Assembly: GCF_014646655.1 (NCBI RefSeq)
Contig: NZ_BMNR01000006.1
Location: 199,419 to 223,418, forward strand
Reading direction: 5' to 3'
DNA from: Yeosuana aromativorans
GTDB taxonomy: Bacteria; Bacteroidota; Bacteroidia; Flavobacteriales; Flavobacteriaceae
Length of the DNA: 24,000 bases
The notes under the pieces are model-generated. The model was not told the DNA's origin. It was given only the letters and a program-made list of their open reading frames with translations, and ran no database searches. Below are positions 1 through 9,453 of this stretch, piece by piece. The position numbers were made by a program, and so were the translations under genes. Positions within the stretch are counted from its first letter, which is position 1. Each line of letters starts with the position of its first letter.

Positions 1-1171
1 AAATAAGGGGAACAATGCTTTTTCCGCTCAATCCAAATCGGCGCATAATTCTGTCCATTAAAAACACCACACGGCTCATATAGCCACTTTCTTCTAGAAC
101 AGAAATGAACAAAAACAAAAAGGCAATTTGAGGTATGAAAATAACAATGCCACCAAGACCCGGTATAATACCTTCTGATAGTAAGTTTGTAAATGCACCT
201 TGTGGTAATTGGGTTTTGGTCCATTCGCTCATGGCTGCAAAAGCGCTGTCAATGAAATCCATGGGGACGCTTGACCAATCGTAAATGGCTTGAAAAATGG
301 TCAATAAAATGATGAAGAAAATGGCGTAGCCCCAAATTTTATGGGTAAGGATCCTGTCAAATTTCATTCTTAAATCCTTGGCACTGGCAATATCAATGGT
401 TTGGCCTTTTTTCAAGACATTGTTTATAAATTGATAGCGCTTAATCGTTTCCTTTTGTTGTAGGCGTTTCAAATCAATTTTTGATTTGGTCTTAAAATTG
501 GCTACGGCATCAATTTCATTTCTGTCTGTTTTTCCAAAGTTTACATCTTGTGTAATAACCAACCAAAGTTTATAAAGCAGTTGATTTGGAAAGGCTTTTT
601 TTAAGTTGTCAAAATAGGTGGGGTCTATTTCGGTAAGGTCTACACAATGGTCTATGGAAAGGTCTTTATAATTGAAAATTAAATTTTTGAGCCTATCTAT
701 ACCTTGTTTTTTTCTGGTGCTAACCAGGGCAATTTTCGTTTTTAAATGCTCTTCAAGATAATCTAAATCAAGCGAGATTCCTTTGTATGCCATTCTATCA
801 GCCATGTTAATGACCAAAATGGTTGGTATTTCCAAATCTTTAATTTGGGTGTAAAGCAATAGATTTCGTTTTAAATTCTCAACATCGCTAACCACAACAG
901 CTACATCGGGGAAATCTTTGTCATTTTTATTTAAAAGCAGCTCTATAACAACATTTTCATCCAGTGATGATGCATTCAGGCTATAGGTTCCGGGTAAATC
1001 AATAATATGTGCTTTAACGCCTCTGGGCAACTTGCAGATACCTTCTTTTTTTTCAACGGTTATACCTGGGTAATTTCCAACTTTTTGGTTTAACCCCGTT
1101 AAGGCATTAAAAACAGAGGTTTTTCCTGTGTTTGGGTTTCCTATTAAAGCAACATTGATTTGTTTACTCAT
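1..1171 (-). CDS. feoB: Ferrous iron transporter FeoB, N-terminal ~390 aa (gene continues past the window start)
   Basis: Missing from the ORF track because it runs off the edge. Reverse translation from ATG 1171..1169 gives MSKQINVALIGNPNTGKTSVFNALTGLNQKVGNYPGITVEKKEG..., the FeoB G-domain P-loop, followed by hydrophobic membrane segments. The start overlaps the feoA stop by 8 nt (ATGAGTAA). Confidence 0.9.
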   Translation of the reverse strand, partial: MSKQINVALIGNPNTGKTSVFNALTGLNQKVGNYPGITVEKKEGICKLPRGVKAHIIDLPGTYSLNASSLDENVVIELLLNKNDKDFPDVAVVVSDVENLKRNLLLYTQIKDLEIPTILVINMADRMAYKGISLDLDYLEEHLKTKIALVSTRKKQGIDRLKNLIFNYKDLSIDHCVDLTEIDPTYFDNLKKAFPNQLLYKLWLVITQDVNFGKTDRNEIDAVANFKTKSKIDLKRLQQKETIKRYQFINNVLKKGQTIDIASAKDLRMKFDRILTHKIWGYAIFFIILLTIFQAIYDWSSVPMDFIDSAFAAMSEWTKTQLPQGAFTNLLSEGIIPGLGGIVIFIPQIAFLFLFISVLEESGYMSRVVFLMDRIMRRFGLSGKSIVPLI

Positions 1172-1400
1172 GCGTAATTTTTTTAATTAAAACATGAATA
1201 GCGGTCTCCTTTCTAATAGCCAAATGTGTACCGTTTATGTTTAAGTACATTGGGTCTTTAAATGGAGCAACTTGAACAAGCTCAACATAGTTACCCGGTA
1301 AACATCCCATTTCAAGAAGTTTTAAGGGAATATGTATGGAAGAAACATCTGTAATCACGCAGCGTTCGCCTCGTTTTAAATTTGCTAATGTATCTTCCAT
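1164..1400 (-). CDS. feoA: FeoA family iron-transport accessory protein (78 aa)
   Basis: Small SH3-like FeoA-type sequence (LKRGERCVITDV...LLEMGCLPG..VELV). It lies directly upstream of feoB and overlaps it. Confidence 0.85.
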   Translation of the reverse strand: MEDTLANLKRGERCVITDVSSIHIPLKLLEMGCLPGNYVELVQVAPFKDPMYLNINGTHLAIRKETAIHVLIKKITHE

Positions 1401-1426
1401 TCTTATTTAGATTGATTTTAAAGAAG

Positions 1427-1434
1427 CAAAAGTA
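1427..1434 (-). promoter_or_regulatory. Candidate Bacteroidetes -7 promoter box (TACTTTTG) for feoAB
   Basis: The minus strand reads TACTTTTG, matching TAnnTTTG, 26 nt upstream of the feoA ATG in the 72-bp gap after the SCO1 gene. Motif match only. Confidence 0.4.
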
Positions 1435-1472
1435 ATGTAAAAATTTAGGCTAAAAAAATAGTTGGTAAAAAA

Positions 1473-2147
1473 CTATTGTTTGTATTCCTGTTTTAGGATT
1501 TTTATGTCGTCCAACAGCCGGTCAATGTCATCTGGATTGGTGCCATCATAAAACCCCCTGATTTGTTTTTTTTTGTCAATAAGCATGAAGTTTTCGGTAT
1601 GGATCATATCAAAAGGACCACCATCACCAGTGCTTTTTACAGCCAAGTAACTTTTTCTCGCTAACTCATAAATTTGTTTTTTGTCACCTGTTACCAAGTT
1701 CCATTTCTTATCGTTTACGCCTTTTTCAATGGCATAACGTTTTAGCTGTGCCACGCTGTCTATTTCGGGAGTTACCGAAAAAGAGAGCAGCATCACATCA
1801 TTGTCATTCATGATTTTGTCTTGAATCACCGACATGTGATTGGTCATGATGGGGCAAATAGACTGACAAGTGGTAAAAAAGAAATCTGCCACGTATATTT
1901 TATCTTTATAGTCGTCTTGAGTAACAGTCTTGCCGTTTTGATTTGTAAGTTTAAAATCGGCGATTTTATGATACTTTTTTTGGTATTGCAGGGTGCTGTC
2001 CACCAAATCGGCACTGACCATAGATGGCTGGTAAACAGGAAGTGGTTGATAGACGTTTAATTTATTGTAAATGATAGAAACAATGATGATGGAAATGATT
2101 AAAAACGCGATTGCGAATTTTTTGTAATCTTTAAAAAATGATAACAT
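1473..2147 (-). CDS. SCO1/SenC family thioredoxin-fold copper chaperone (224 aa, N-terminal membrane anchor)
   Basis: N-terminal TM segment (FAIAFLIISIIIVSIIY). FFFTTCQSICP carries the CxxxC copper-binding motif in the usual SCO context, and the downstream conserved His region (MIHTENFMLID) is present. Confidence 0.8.
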   Translation of the reverse strand: MLSFFKDYKKFAIAFLIISIIIVSIIYNKLNVYQPLPVYQPSMVSADLVDSTLQYQKKYHKIADFKLTNQNGKTVTQDDYKDKIYVADFFFTTCQSICPIMTNHMSVIQDKIMNDNDVMLLSFSVTPEIDSVAQLKRYAIEKGVNDKKWNLVTGDKKQIYELARKSYLAVKSTGDGGPFDMIHTENFMLIDKKKQIRGFYDGTNPDDIDRLLDDIKILKQEYKQ

Positions 2148-2279
2148 TTTGAGCAGTTAAAATTTAAACTAAGGCAAAAGTACAATGAAATTTATACACA
2201 TAGAATTTTGGGCGGCCTTAAATTATTGTTAAATGCAGCACCATAGCAGATTTGTCTTTTTAAAGTTGGTTTAAAAGCT

Positions 2280-2287
2280 TACTTTTG
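2280..2287 (+). promoter_or_regulatory. Candidate -7 promoter box (TACTTTTG) for rseP
   Basis: TAnnTTTG match 29 nt upstream of the rseP ATG. Motif match only. Confidence 0.35.
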
Positions 2288-2316
2288 TGCGATTATAAAA
2301 ATCTGAAAAACGATAT

Positions 2317-3663
2317 ATGGAGTTTGTTATTAAAATATCCCAATTTTTACTGAGCCTTTCCTTGCTTATTATACTGCATGAATTTGGGCATTTTTTGCCT
2401 GCTAAAGCGTTTAAGACGCGCGTAGAAAAGTTTTACTTGTTTTTTGATGTTAAGTTTTCATTGTTCAAAAAGAAAATAGGGGAAACTGTTTACGGTATTG
2501 GTTGGTTGCCACTAGGAGGTTATGTGAAGATTTCTGGGATGATTGACGAAAGCATGGATACAGAGCAAATGGCACAACCGGCACAGCCTTGGGAATTCCG
2601 TTCTAAACCAGCTTGGCAGCGACTAATTATTATGCTTGGTGGTGTAACCGTTAATTTCTTACTGGCTATTTTGATTTACATCGGTATGAGCTATTATTAT
2701 GGAGATCGGTTTTTACCCAATAAAAATATTAAAGACGGTCTCTTGATAGAAAGCACTGTTGCCAATAAAGCAGGATTAATAACCGGTGATAAAATTTTAG
2801 CTGTTGATGGAGATTCTATAAAAACCTTTTCTGAAATTTCTGAAAAAGTACTTTTTGGTAAACAAATCACTATTGAAAGGAATGGAGAACAATCAACTGT
2901 TATGTTGCCACAAGATTTTCTATCACAGTTAATTGATTCCAAAGAAAAGAATTTCATAGACCTAAGAACACCATTTGTGGTTGTTGAAGTTCCTGATTCA
3001 TCACAAAACAAAGGTAGCGGTTTAATAAAAGGCGATATTATTGTTGGTTTAAATGACACAAAAACAAAATATGCCGATCAAGTTAAATCTGCACTGGAAA
3101 CCTATAAAGGACAAGAAGTAACCGCTCATGTTTTAAGAGACGGAAAAGAAACCACTTTACCATTAAAAATCAGTGACGATAGTAAATTAGGATTGGTATA
3201 TGCCGCTGGAACAACACCAGAAACTTTGGAAGCATTGGGTTATTATGAATTTGAAACTAAAAAATACGGTTTTTTTGAATCGTTTCCTGTTGGAATAAAA
3301 AAAGCCGGAGACAAAATATCATCATACATTACACAGTTTAAAGCCATCTTTACGCCCAGTACAGGTGCCTATAAAGGCGTTGGCGGGTTTAAGGCCATTT
3401 ATGATATTTTTCCAGATTTCTGGAATTGGCAAGTGTTTTGGAGCATAACGGCATTTTTATCCATTATGTTAGGGGTTTTAAATCTATTGCCTATACCAGC
3501 TCTTGATGGTGGCCATGTCATGTTTTTACTGTATGAAATGATTTCAGGTAAAAAGCCAGGAGACAAGTTTATGGAATACGCTCAACTAGCAGGGTTTATC
3601 ATATTAATTGCTTTGGTGCTTTTTGCCAATGGTAATGATATTTTTAAAGCAATTTTCAATTAA
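2317..3663 (+). CDS. rseP: RIP (site-2) zinc metalloprotease RseP (448 aa)
   Basis: HEFGH zinc motif at residues 21-25 in the first TM segment, central PDZ-like region, and the C-terminal NLLPIPALDGGH motif typical of the M50 family. Confidence 0.9.
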   Translation: MEFVIKISQFLLSLSLLIILHEFGHFLPAKAFKTRVEKFYLFFDVKFSLFKKKIGETVYGIGWLPLGGYVKISGMIDESMDTEQMAQPAQPWEFRSKPAWQRLIIMLGGVTVNFLLAILIYIGMSYYYGDRFLPNKNIKDGLLIESTVANKAGLITGDKILAVDGDSIKTFSEISEKVLFGKQITIERNGEQSTVMLPQDFLSQLIDSKEKNFIDLRTPFVVVEVPDSSQNKGSGLIKGDIIVGLNDTKTKYADQVKSALETYKGQEVTAHVLRDGKETTLPLKISDDSKLGLVYAAGTTPETLEALGYYEFETKKYGFFESFPVGIKKAGDKISSYITQFKAIFTPSTGAYKGVGGFKAIYDIFPDFWNWQVFWSITAFLSIMLGVLNLLPIPALDGGHVMFLLYEMISGKKPGDKFMEYAQLAGFIILIALVLFANGNDIFKAIFN

Positions 3664-3705
3664 AAGTTTTTTAAATATTATATTGGCAGTAAATAAAAAT
3701 ATATA

Positions 3706-3713
3706 TATATTTG
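3706..3713 (+). promoter_or_regulatory. Candidate promoter for the tRNA pair (-7 TATATTTG, with TTG at 3683..3685)
   Basis: TAnnTTTG match 26 nt before the tRNA-Asn 5' end, with a TTG 20 nt upstream of the box. Motif match only. Confidence 0.4.
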
Positions 3714-3739
3714 CGCTCGCAAAAGCGAAAAGATAACAC

Positions 3740-3813
3740 TCCTCCTTAGCTCAGTTGGTTAGAGCATTTGACTGTTAATCAAAGGGTCCTTGGTTCGAGC
3801 CCAAGAGGGGGAG
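3740..3813 (+). tRNA. tRNA-Asn (anticodon GTT), 74 nt, no encoded CCA
   Basis: Hand-folded cloverleaf. Acceptor tcctcct/aggggga (one G-U), D stem gctc/gagc, anticodon stem tttga/tcaaa with loop ctGTTaa, T arm cttgg-ttcgagc-ccaag. Confidence 0.9.
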
Positions 3814-3822
3814 CAAAAAATG

Positions 3823-3859
3823 AAAAAGACCCACATAAATTATGTAGGTCTTTTTTTTT
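3823..3859 (+). terminator. Intrinsic-terminator-like hairpin between the two tRNAs
   Basis: gacccacata (3828..3837) pairs with tatgtaggtc (3841..3850) with one mismatch and a 3-nt loop. A5 precedes it and T9 (3851..3859) follows. Confidence 0.6.
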
Positions 3860-3866
3860 AACTTCG

Positions 3867-3938
3867 GGCTCCATAGTTCAAGGGATAGAACAAAAGTTTC
3901 CTAAACTTTAGATCCAGGTTCGAATCCTGGTGGAGTCA
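3867..3938 (+). tRNA. tRNA-Arg (anticodon CCT), 72 nt, no encoded CCA
   Basis: Hand-folded cloverleaf. Acceptor ggctcca/tggagtc (one G-U), D stem gttc/gaac, anticodon stem aaagt/acttt with loop ttCCTaa, 4-nt variable loop, T arm ccagg-ttcgaat-cctgg. Confidence 0.85.
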
Positions 3939-3962
3939 CAAAAAAATCAAGTCAAAACAACC

Positions 3963-4115
3963 ATGTATCTTTTGGCATTGAATAAATCCATAACAGCAAC
4001 TGCAAACTTTGTTATAAAACCAGAGGATTATAATGTGGAAATTCCCAGCATCGTTAGAAACAAAATTGCAAAATACATCAAGACAAGCTTAAAGTTCATT
4101 CTAGAACCGCAATAA
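3963..4115 (+). pseudogene. Possible 3' remnant of a YceI-like lipid-binding protein gene, or an orphan small ORF (50 aa from the internal ATG)
   Basis: The tail ...ATANFVIKPEDYNVEIPSIVRNKIAKYIKTSLKFILEP resembles, from memory, the C-terminal strands of flavobacterial YceI-like proteins. The roughly 130 N-terminal residues are absent. The track ORF start (GTG 3930) lies inside tRNA-Arg. Confidence 0.25.
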
Positions 4116-4192
4116 ATAGTCCTTTATAAAGGGGAGGCTTTAAAAACCACCCTTTTTGGTTAAGGTTTCAACCTTGACTTTTATAAAATTAA

Positions 4193-4200
4193 TACCTTTG
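4193..4200 (+). promoter_or_regulatory. Candidate promoter for manA (-7 TACCTTTG, with TTG at 4174..4176)
   Basis: TAnnTTTG match 18 nt before ATG 4219, with a TTG 16 nt upstream of the box. It lies inside the TTG-extended ORF in the track, which argues for the 4219 start. Confidence 0.45.
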
Positions 4201-4218
4201 TATGAAACCATAGATTTT

Positions 4219-5193
4219 ATGAAGTTAGACCATCCAATAACATTTCATCCCATTTTAAAAGAACGCATTTGGGGAGGCGACAAACTAACCACCATTTTCA
4301 AAAAGGAATCTGATAAATCCAATATTGGCGAAAGCTGGGAACTTTCAGATGTAGAGGGTGATGTTTCTGTGGTTGCTTCAGGCGAATTAAAAGGAAAAAA
4401 CTTAAAAGAACTTATTACAGAATACAAAGGTGCTTTGGTGGGGGAGAAAGTCTACAACATGTTTGGTAATGACTTCCCAATACTTATAAAATATATTGAT
4501 GCCAAAACACCGCTTTCCATTCAAGTGCACCCTAGCAATGAACTGGCTAAAGAGCGCCATAATTCCTTTGGAAAGAATGAAATGTGGTACATTATGCAAG
4601 CTGATCATGATGCCGAATTGATAGTTGGTTTTAATCAAGACATTGATAAGGAAACCTATTTACATAAACTGGAAGAAGGAAATGTTTTGGACATATTAAA
4701 TGCTGAAAAAATTTCAAAAGGGGATACATTTTACATTCCAACGGGTAGGGTGCATGCCATTGGTGCCGGTGTTATGTTGGCAGAAATTCAACAAACATCT
4801 GATATTACTTATAGAATTTATGACTATAATCGTGTTGATGCCAAAACAGGAAAGGAACGCGAACTTCATACCGATTTGGCCGTTGATGCCATAGATTATA
4901 AACAGTATGATAGCTACAAAACAGCTTATGAGCTCAAAAAAAACGAATCTAGTGAATTGGTCCATTCCCCATATTTTAAAACAAATATCATCCAACTAGA
5001 AGGTATTATTCAAAAAGATTACAGCAACCTAGATTCCTTTGTTATTTATATGTGTGTTGAAGGTACTGTTGTTTTAAATTGCAATAACCAAGCGTTTTCG
5101 TTACAGGTTGGGCAAACCATGTTGCTTCCTGCGGCTATTGATACGGTTGAATTAAATTCTGAAAGCGCTAAAATATTGGAAGTCTTTCTTTGA
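4219..5193 (+). CDS. manA: Type I mannose-6-phosphate isomerase (cupin fold)
   Basis: Matches type I PMI: ILKERIWGG, ESWELS, LIKYIDAKTPLSIQVHP, EMWYI, and YIPTGRVHAIG (zinc ligands). The start is moved to ATG 4219 (MKLDHPITF...), because the track start at 4156 is a TTG. Confidence 0.85.
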   Translation: MKLDHPITFHPILKERIWGGDKLTTIFKKESDKSNIGESWELSDVEGDVSVVASGELKGKNLKELITEYKGALVGEKVYNMFGNDFPILIKYIDAKTPLSIQVHPSNELAKERHNSFGKNEMWYIMQADHDAELIVGFNQDIDKETYLHKLEEGNVLDILNAEKISKGDTFYIPTGRVHAIGAGVMLAEIQQTSDITYRIYDYNRVDAKTGKERELHTDLAVDAIDYKQYDSYKTAYELKKNESSELVHSPYFKTNIIQLEGIIQKDYSNLDSFVIYMCVEGTVVLNCNNQAFSLQVGQTMLLPAAIDTVELNSESAKILEVFL

Positions 5194-5201
5194 GGAAGCC
5201 A

Positions 5202-5558
5202 TCAATTTTGATGAATAAATTGTTTTGCTTGCTCCACAACACGTTTGGAATTTCCAATAAAAATGTGGTCATCAGCAATAATAACTGGGCGGCTTAAAAA
5301 GGTATAATGATCTAGAATATAGTGTTTGTAATCACGTTCTTCTAGGGCTTGGTTTTTCAAATCCATTTCCTTGTACAGCTTTGAGCGTTTACTGAACAAG
5401 GCCTCGTAACTACCGGCCAATTGCTTCATTTCATCCAATTGTTTAACGGTTATTTCATCAGTTTTGATGTCCTGTAAATTAAATTCTGGCGGCAGGTTTA
5501 AATCTTTTAAAATTCTTTGGCAAGTACTACACGTTTTTAAATAATATACTTTTTTCAT
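5202..5558 (-). CDS. ArsC/Spx family thioredoxin-fold protein (arsenate reductase family, ~118 aa)
   Basis: MKKVYYLKTCSTCQRI... has the N-terminal redox Cys motif, and the length and LSRPVII region fit the ArsC family. ATG 5558 is preferred over the upstream ATG 5579. Confidence 0.7.
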   Translation of the reverse strand: MKKVYYLKTCSTCQRILKDLNLPPEFNLQDIKTDEITVKQLDEMKQLAGSYEALFSKRSKLYKEMDLKNQALEERDYKHYILDHYTFLSRPVIIADDHIFIGNSKRVVEQAKQFIHQN

Positions 5559-5628
5559 GATTTTGAAATTTAAAAACAAAATAAAGCATTAATACCATTT
5601 AAACTATATTTACAAAAAAAATTATATC

Positions 5629-6096
5629 ATGGCATTTACTTTTGAAGTGTTAAAAAACACGAGGGCATTTTTTAAGCAGTTTATTGAAGCAAATTCGTTG
5701 GAAGATTTAAACAAAGTGCCCAAAGGATTTAATAATAATATCATTTGGAATATTGGCCATATTGTTGTGACCGAACAATTGTTGGCTTATAGGTTATCAG
5801 GATTACCCGTAATGGTAAGTGATAAGTTGGTTGAAGCCTACAAAAAAGGAACAAAACCCCAAGGAGATGTTGATCAGGAAGAAGTGAATGAAATAGCAAC
5901 TTTGCTATTTTCCACAATCAAAAGAACGGAGGAAGATTATAACAACAAGGCGTTTAAAAACTTTACGCCTTACACCATTTCTACAACAGGAAACACCCTA
6001 AACACCATTGATGAATCCCTACAGTTTGTTTTGTTTCATGAAGGGATACATTTAGGATATGTCTTGGCCTTACTGCACGCCATCAAAAACCAATAG
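5629..6096 (+). CDS. DinB superfamily protein (155 aa)
   Basis: Helical-bundle DinB_2-like pattern with the conserved His positions (NIGHIV ... FHEGIHLGY). Confidence 0.7.
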   Translation: MAFTFEVLKNTRAFFKQFIEANSLEDLNKVPKGFNNNIIWNIGHIVVTEQLLAYRLSGLPVMVSDKLVEAYKKGTKPQGDVDQEEVNEIATLLFSTIKRTEEDYNNKAFKNFTPYTISTTGNTLNTIDESLQFVLFHEGIHLGYVLALLHAIKNQ

Positions 6097-6792
6097 GGAA
6101 TTTACTTCATCATATGGAATGGTAAATTCTATAACGCCTGTTGAATAAGGGGCAATTTCATAAGTGTTGTACAATAAAGTAATACCTTTTTCAGAATAAC
6201 CTATATTGGAGGGAAGCACAAATTTTTCAGGGTCAAAGAGTATCTTTTTGTAATCAACTTGCTTTTGAAAATATGCTTTGGCAAGCTTGTAAAAAGCATC
6301 CTTATCATTGAACAAATCGGAATTTGAAATGATTTTGCCTGTTTGTGCATTAAAGTTAAAAAAAGTAATCGTTAAATTTCCGTGAGCACCACCTGTATTC
6401 ATATAGGATGTCAATGCGATACTTATGATATTTTCAGACTGGTACATAATATCGCCATCTATTTGGGCTTCCCAAGGATAGGCACTATCAGGAAAATCAT
6501 GTTGAAAAGCTTCAAATTCTTTATTAAACCCATTAATGCTTTCTTTTATGGAATGGAATGAAACGGTATCAACCTCACCAATCTGTAAATCAGCTATCAC
6601 ACTCTTTTCAATAGAGGAATTGATGGCATTAGCAATGGTTTTGTTTCCTTCGGCCATTGGAATATTTACCTCAACCATAGGTGAATCGCCATCAGAAAAA
6701 TTGACTTCTTTAAAAGTAATAAGCGGTTCTTCTTTACAGGCTATGAAAGAAAGACAACAACACAAAATATAGATACAACGTTTTAAATACAT
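6070..6792 (-). CDS. DUF3298/DUF4163-type lipoprotein (240 aa)
   Basis: Lipoprotein signal ending LSFIAC. The GGAHGN motif and the YEIAPYSTGVIEFTIPY segment are typical of the DUF3298 (RsiV/PdaC-like) domain. The 3' end overlaps the DinB gene by 27 bp. Confidence 0.7.
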   Translation of the reverse strand: MYLKRCIYILCCCLSFIACKEEPLITFKEVNFSDGDSPMVEVNIPMAEGNKTIANAINSSIEKSVIADLQIGEVDTVSFHSIKESINGFNKEFEAFQHDFPDSAYPWEAQIDGDIMYQSENIISIALTSYMNTGGAHGNLTITFFNFNAQTGKIISNSDLFNDKDAFYKLAKAYFQKQVDYKKILFDPEKFVLPSNIGYSEKGITLLYNTYEIAPYSTGVIEFTIPYDEVNSLLVFDGVQ

Positions 6793-6957
6793 AATACAAC
6801 ATTAACAGGCATTAAAGGTAAATATTGCATTTGAATGCACCCAATGATATGAATAAATTATAAATTGAAATTGAATATAAAGTGGGGTAAAAATCAAGGG
6901 AATGTTTTATAGAAACACAAGTTATAAGGTTTCTTGTTTAATGATTTGGAAAAGGGT

Positions 6958-7788
6958 TTAATTTAAGTAGTAAATATAACCAACATTTAGCCATACCAAC
7001 CAATCATTGCTTTTGTTGTAACCTCTCCAATTGTGGTTCAAGCCATCAACCCAGTCGCTAAAATAGTATTGCCATCTTAAATCAAGCATTAAATCTGACA
7101 GCTTGTTGAGTTTATAACGAATCCCAACACTGGTTACGGTAGACCAAGTGCTGCCACTTTGTTCACTAATTGGGTAAGGATCAACGCCAGGTGTATAATT
7201 ATCAAACCAATGAGAGTAAAAATTAGATTGGTCATAAATATCGCCGTAGGCATTAGGATCTGGATTGTTATAAGTTGTGCTAACTTTTGGGTTGAATGAT
7301 GTATAATGAATTCCCAAACTAACAAAAGGGGCAATCCTATATCCAAATGATTGAAATGAACGAATGCTTAATGGAAAAAACTCCAATTGAGTACCAATAT
7401 CAAAATTTTCTGCAACGCCTTTGTGGGCTCTAAGTTGGTCGGCTTCAACAGTAGTTCTGTTTGGTGCCACCCAAGTTCCTAGATGTTCCAGATTTGTTTT
7501 GTTCCAAGATATTTCATTCCGTAATTTAAAATGATCATTAAAATAAGTATCTGTTGTATAACAACTACAATCTGCTCTGTATGCAAAATTTATGTAGTGG
7601 ACAATACCAATGCCAAAACCAGAATTGCCAAAGTTGGTCTTTGTTTCATTACGGCTTCCAAAATCTGACCGAAATTCCAAGGGACCAGCAATAATGCCAA
7701 TTTCATGTGAGAACCCTAATTGAGAATATGCTGCCTGTGTCAATACAAACAAGAAAAAAGCAGTAGCTAAATGTTTCAAGTTAAGCAT
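6958..7788 (-). CDS. Outer-membrane beta-barrel protein, family unassigned (~276 aa)
   Basis: Signal peptide MLNLKHLATAFFLFVLTQAAYSQ from ATG 7788, alternating aromatic/Gly beta-strand pattern, and an aromatic-rich C-terminus (VGYIYYLN). Confidence 0.6.
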   Translation of the reverse strand: MLNLKHLATAFFLFVLTQAAYSQLGFSHEIGIIAGPLEFRSDFGSRNETKTNFGNSGFGIGIVHYINFAYRADCSCYTTDTYFNDHFKLRNEISWNKTNLEHLGTWVAPNRTTVEADQLRAHKGVAENFDIGTQLEFFPLSIRSFQSFGYRIAPFVSLGIHYTSFNPKVSTTYNNPDPNAYGDIYDQSNFYSHWFDNYTPGVDPYPISEQSGSTWSTVTSVGIRYKLNKLSDLMLDLRWQYYFSDWVDGLNHNWRGYNKSNDWLVWLNVGYIYYLN

Positions 7789-7931
7789 AATAAGGGTTGT
7801 TTTTTGAGGCATTATTAAGACAAATATATAAAAACAGAGTCAACAAACAAACAAATATAAATTTGCGAAGAAAAATCAAAATTATTAATTGCGAAATTCA
7901 AAAAAAAACAGCTTATTTTTTAAAGATATCG

Positions 7932-7939
7932 TATATTTG
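7932..7939 (+). promoter_or_regulatory. Candidate -7 promoter box (TATATTTG) for gdhA
   Basis: TAnnTTTG match 47 nt upstream of the gdhA ATG in an AT-rich 174-bp intergenic region. Motif match only. Confidence 0.35.
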
Positions 7940-7971
7940 TAGCATTAAATTGTATAGTTTTTAATTTTTAA

Positions 7972-9330
<1,359 letters not shown>

Positions 9331-9351
9331 TCAATAAGTTTAATTTTTTTT

Positions 9352-9384
9352 AAAAGGCTTCCTGATTTCAGGAGGCTTTTTTTA
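9352..9384 (+). terminator. Rho-independent terminator of gdhA
   Basis: aggcttcctg (9355..9364) pairs with caggaggctt (9369..9378), giving a 10-bp stem with two G-U pairs and a 4-nt loop. It runs into a T-tract (9377..9383) and is preceded by A4. Confidence 0.75.
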
Positions 9385-9426
9385 TTTAATTTATATCATT
9401 TTAAAGTAAAACTCGTTAGATATAAA

Positions 9427-9434
9427 TATATTTG
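9427..9434 (+). promoter_or_regulatory. Candidate -7 promoter box (TATATTTG) for the PorZ-like gene / recO
   Basis: TAnnTTTG match 19 nt upstream of ATG 9454. Motif match only. Confidence 0.4.
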
Positions 9435-9453
9435 AAAGTTTAAAACATCATCT

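Noticed and set aside
1566-1574. Homopolymer tracts inside coding regions as possible phase-variation switches: T9 here in the SCO1 gene, T8 at 1046..1053 in feoB, A8 in recX near 14931
   Set aside because: They encode Lys runs in an AT-rich genome and sit in housekeeping genes rather than surface-variation genes. Nothing suggests slippage-based regulation.
2697-3059. 120-aa ORF antisense to rseP
   Set aside because: It lies entirely inside a well-supported CDS on the opposite strand, has a low-complexity composition and no recognisable motif. This is a typical shadow ORF.
4156-4218. TTG-initiated 21-aa N-terminal extension of manA given in the ORF track
   Set aside because: The extension contains the candidate promoter (TTG 4174, TACCTTTG 4193). 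The conserved PMI N-terminus begins right after ATG 4219.
5559-5579. Upstream ATG giving a 7-aa extension (MFLNFKI) on the ArsC-family protein
   Set aside because: The family normally begins right at the MKK-V-Y-x-x-x-x-C strand. The extension is unsupported, though not excluded.
6826-6839. 14-bp palindrome TGCATTTGAATGCA upstream of the DUF3298 lipoprotein gene, as a possible operator
   Set aside because: It is short, AT-rich and single-copy in the window. Chance occurrence is plausible and I recognise no regulator family for it.
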